A DNA stretch of 64,000 nucleotides from an uncultured Chloroflexia bacterium (GTDB lineage: Bacteria > Chloroflexota > Limnocylindria > Limnocylindrales > CSP1-4): assembly GCA_963763775.1 (NCBI GenBank), contig CAVXPZ010000001.1, positions 960,001 to 1,024,000 on the forward strand, given 5' to 3'. Below the pieces are notes generated by a model, which ran no database searches, was not told the DNA's origin, and saw only the letters and a program-made list of their open reading frames with translations. The position numbers were made by a program, and so were the translations under genes. Position 1 is the first letter of the stretch. Each line of letters starts with the position of its first letter. Below, piece by piece: positions 62,689 through 64,000 of this stretch.

Positions 62689-64000
62689 ATGACGACGCCC
62701 CGCCTGGCCGAGGTCGCCCTCCCGGAGTTCGGCGTGCCCGACGAACGCCCGCTGATCCCGGCCGCGACCTACGCGGCCCGCCTGGAGGCACTCCGCGATC
62801 GGGCCGAGGCGCGCGGCTACGACCGCGTGGTCGTCTACGCGGATCGCGAGCACAGCGCCAACCTCTCGTTCCTCACGGGCTTCGACCCGCGCTTCGAGGA
62901 GGCGATGCTCATCGTCGGGCCTGTGGGCGTCCCGGCGATCCTGGTCGGCAATGAGTGCTGGGGGATGGCCGGTGCGGCGCCGCTGCCGATGGAACGCCAC
63001 CGGTTCCAGGACTTCAGCCTGCCGAGCCAGCCGCGCGACCGGTCCCGGCCGCTCGGCGAGATCCTGGCCGGCGAGGGCGTCGGCTCCGGCAGCCGCGTCG
63101 GGGTCATCGGCTGGAAGACCTACGCACGGCGCGAGACGCTCGAGGTGCCGGCGTTCATCGTGGACGAGCTGCGCACGCTGGTGGGTCCAGGCGGGATGGT
63201 CGAGAATGCCGGCGACCTCCTCATCGGCGCGGCCGACGGGCTGCGGATCGTCAACGACGCCGACCAGATCGCGGCCTTCGAACACGCGGCGTGCCAGACC
63301 TCCGCGGGCGTGCGCGGCGTGCTGACCGGCGTCCGGCCCGGCATGCGCGAGTCGGAGGCCGTGCGGCTGCTCCGCTGGGACGGATCGCCGCTCTCGTGCC
63401 ACCTGATGCTCACCGCGGGGCCGCGCGCCTCGCTCGGGCTGCTCAGCCCGGGCGACCGTCGCATCGAGCGGGGCGACCGGTTCACCGTGGCCTTCGGGAT
63501 CTGGGGCGCCCTGAACTGTCGCGCCGGGTTCGTGGTGGAGGACGCGTCCGAGCTGCCCGCGGGCATCGCCGACTACGTCGAGCGGCTGGTGGGTCCGTAC
63601 TTCGCGGCCGTGGCCGAGTGGTACGCGGCGCTGCACATCGGCCAGACCGGCGGGACGCTCCAGGCCATCATCGACCGCCACCTCGGCGACCCGTTCTTCG
63701 GGATCTTCCTGAACCCGGGCCACCAGCTCCATCTCGACGAGTGGGTCAACTCGCCGGTCGGTCCCGGCTCGACGGTCGAGCTGCGATCCGGGATGGTCAT
63801 GCAGGTCGACATCATCCCGGCCACCGGGACCGACCACTTCACGACCAACATCGAGGACGGCCTGGCGCTGGCCGACGCGAGTCTGCGCGCGACCATCGCG
63901 GCACGCTACCCGGAGACGTGGACGCGCATCCAGGCGCGCCGCGCGTTCATGGCGGGCTCGCTCGGCATCGAGCTCCACCCGGACGTTCTCCCCTTCTCGA
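62689..64000 (+). CDS. M24/creatinase-fold (Xaa-Pro aminopeptidase-like) protein, truncated by the right edge (not in ORF track)
   Basis: YADREHSANLSFLTGFDPRFEEA; C-terminal LNPGHQLHLDEW, MQVDIIP, TNIEDG; SD GAGGAG. Confidence 0.72.
   Translation, partial: MTTPRLAEVALPEFGVPDERPLIPAATYAARLEALRDRAEARGYDRVVVYADREHSANLSFLTGFDPRFEEAMLIVGPVGVPAILVGNECWGMAGAAPLPMERHRFQDFSLPSQPRDRSRPLGEILAGEGVGSGSRVGVIGWKTYARRETLEVPAFIVDELRTLVGPGGMVENAGDLLIGAADGLRIVNDADQIAAFEHAACQTSAGVRGVLTGVRPGMRESEAVRLLRWDGSPLSCHLMLTAGPRASLGLLSPGDRRIERGDRFTVAFGIWGALNCRAGFVVEDASELPAGIADYVERLVGPYFAAVAEWYAALHIGQTGGTLQAIIDRHLGDPFFGIFLNPGHQLHLDEWVNSPVGPGSTVELRSGMVMQVDIIPATGTDHFTTNIEDGLALADASLRATIAARYPETWTRIQARRAFMAGSLGIELHPDVLPFS

Overview
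High-GC bacterial chromosomal window. The gene content and hypothetical proteins suggest Chloroflexota, possibly Limnocylindria-like, but this is inference only. At least 9 genes carry frameshifts that look like long-read or assembly indels. From left to right: (1) a lipA and 2-oxoacid dehydrogenase cluster (lpdA, E1alpha, E1beta, E2) split by an oppositely oriented 6-kb cassette of a cupin, an NTT-like transporter-HEAT-cNMP fusion and a class III cyclase-STAND-TPR protein; (2) plsY, a double zinc-ribbon protein with a structured 5' UTR, an AI-2E transporter, a DM13 protein, glpD, nnrE, mutY, DUF2461 and an LLM oxidoreductase; (3) a GT1, aminoaldehyde dehydrogenase, maltokinase-fold kinase and SIS-domain cluster; (4) a TPP riboswitch controlling ThiY/ThiX-like ABC genes, followed by hydrolases and an AcuI-like reductase; (5) metY-metX preceded by an apparent Met-Cys-Met leader-peptide transcription attenuator, which is the best novel candidate; (6) VanY-like and LCP cell-wall genes and tRNA-Gln(CTG); (7) a metal/redox block (P1B ATPase-hemerythrin, cupredoxin, ECF sigma and anti-sigma, rhodanese, DyP, UnbU/RnfD-like protein, MetE-like protein, AhpD-like protein, DoxX); (8) a complete xylose regulon (xylAB, xylFHG, ROK XylR, two operators); (9) Gfo/Idh/MocA, CRTAC1/UnbV-like and M24-like genes. 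No integrase, transposase, CRISPR array or rRNA was seen. All calls come from reading motifs by eye; no database searches were run.
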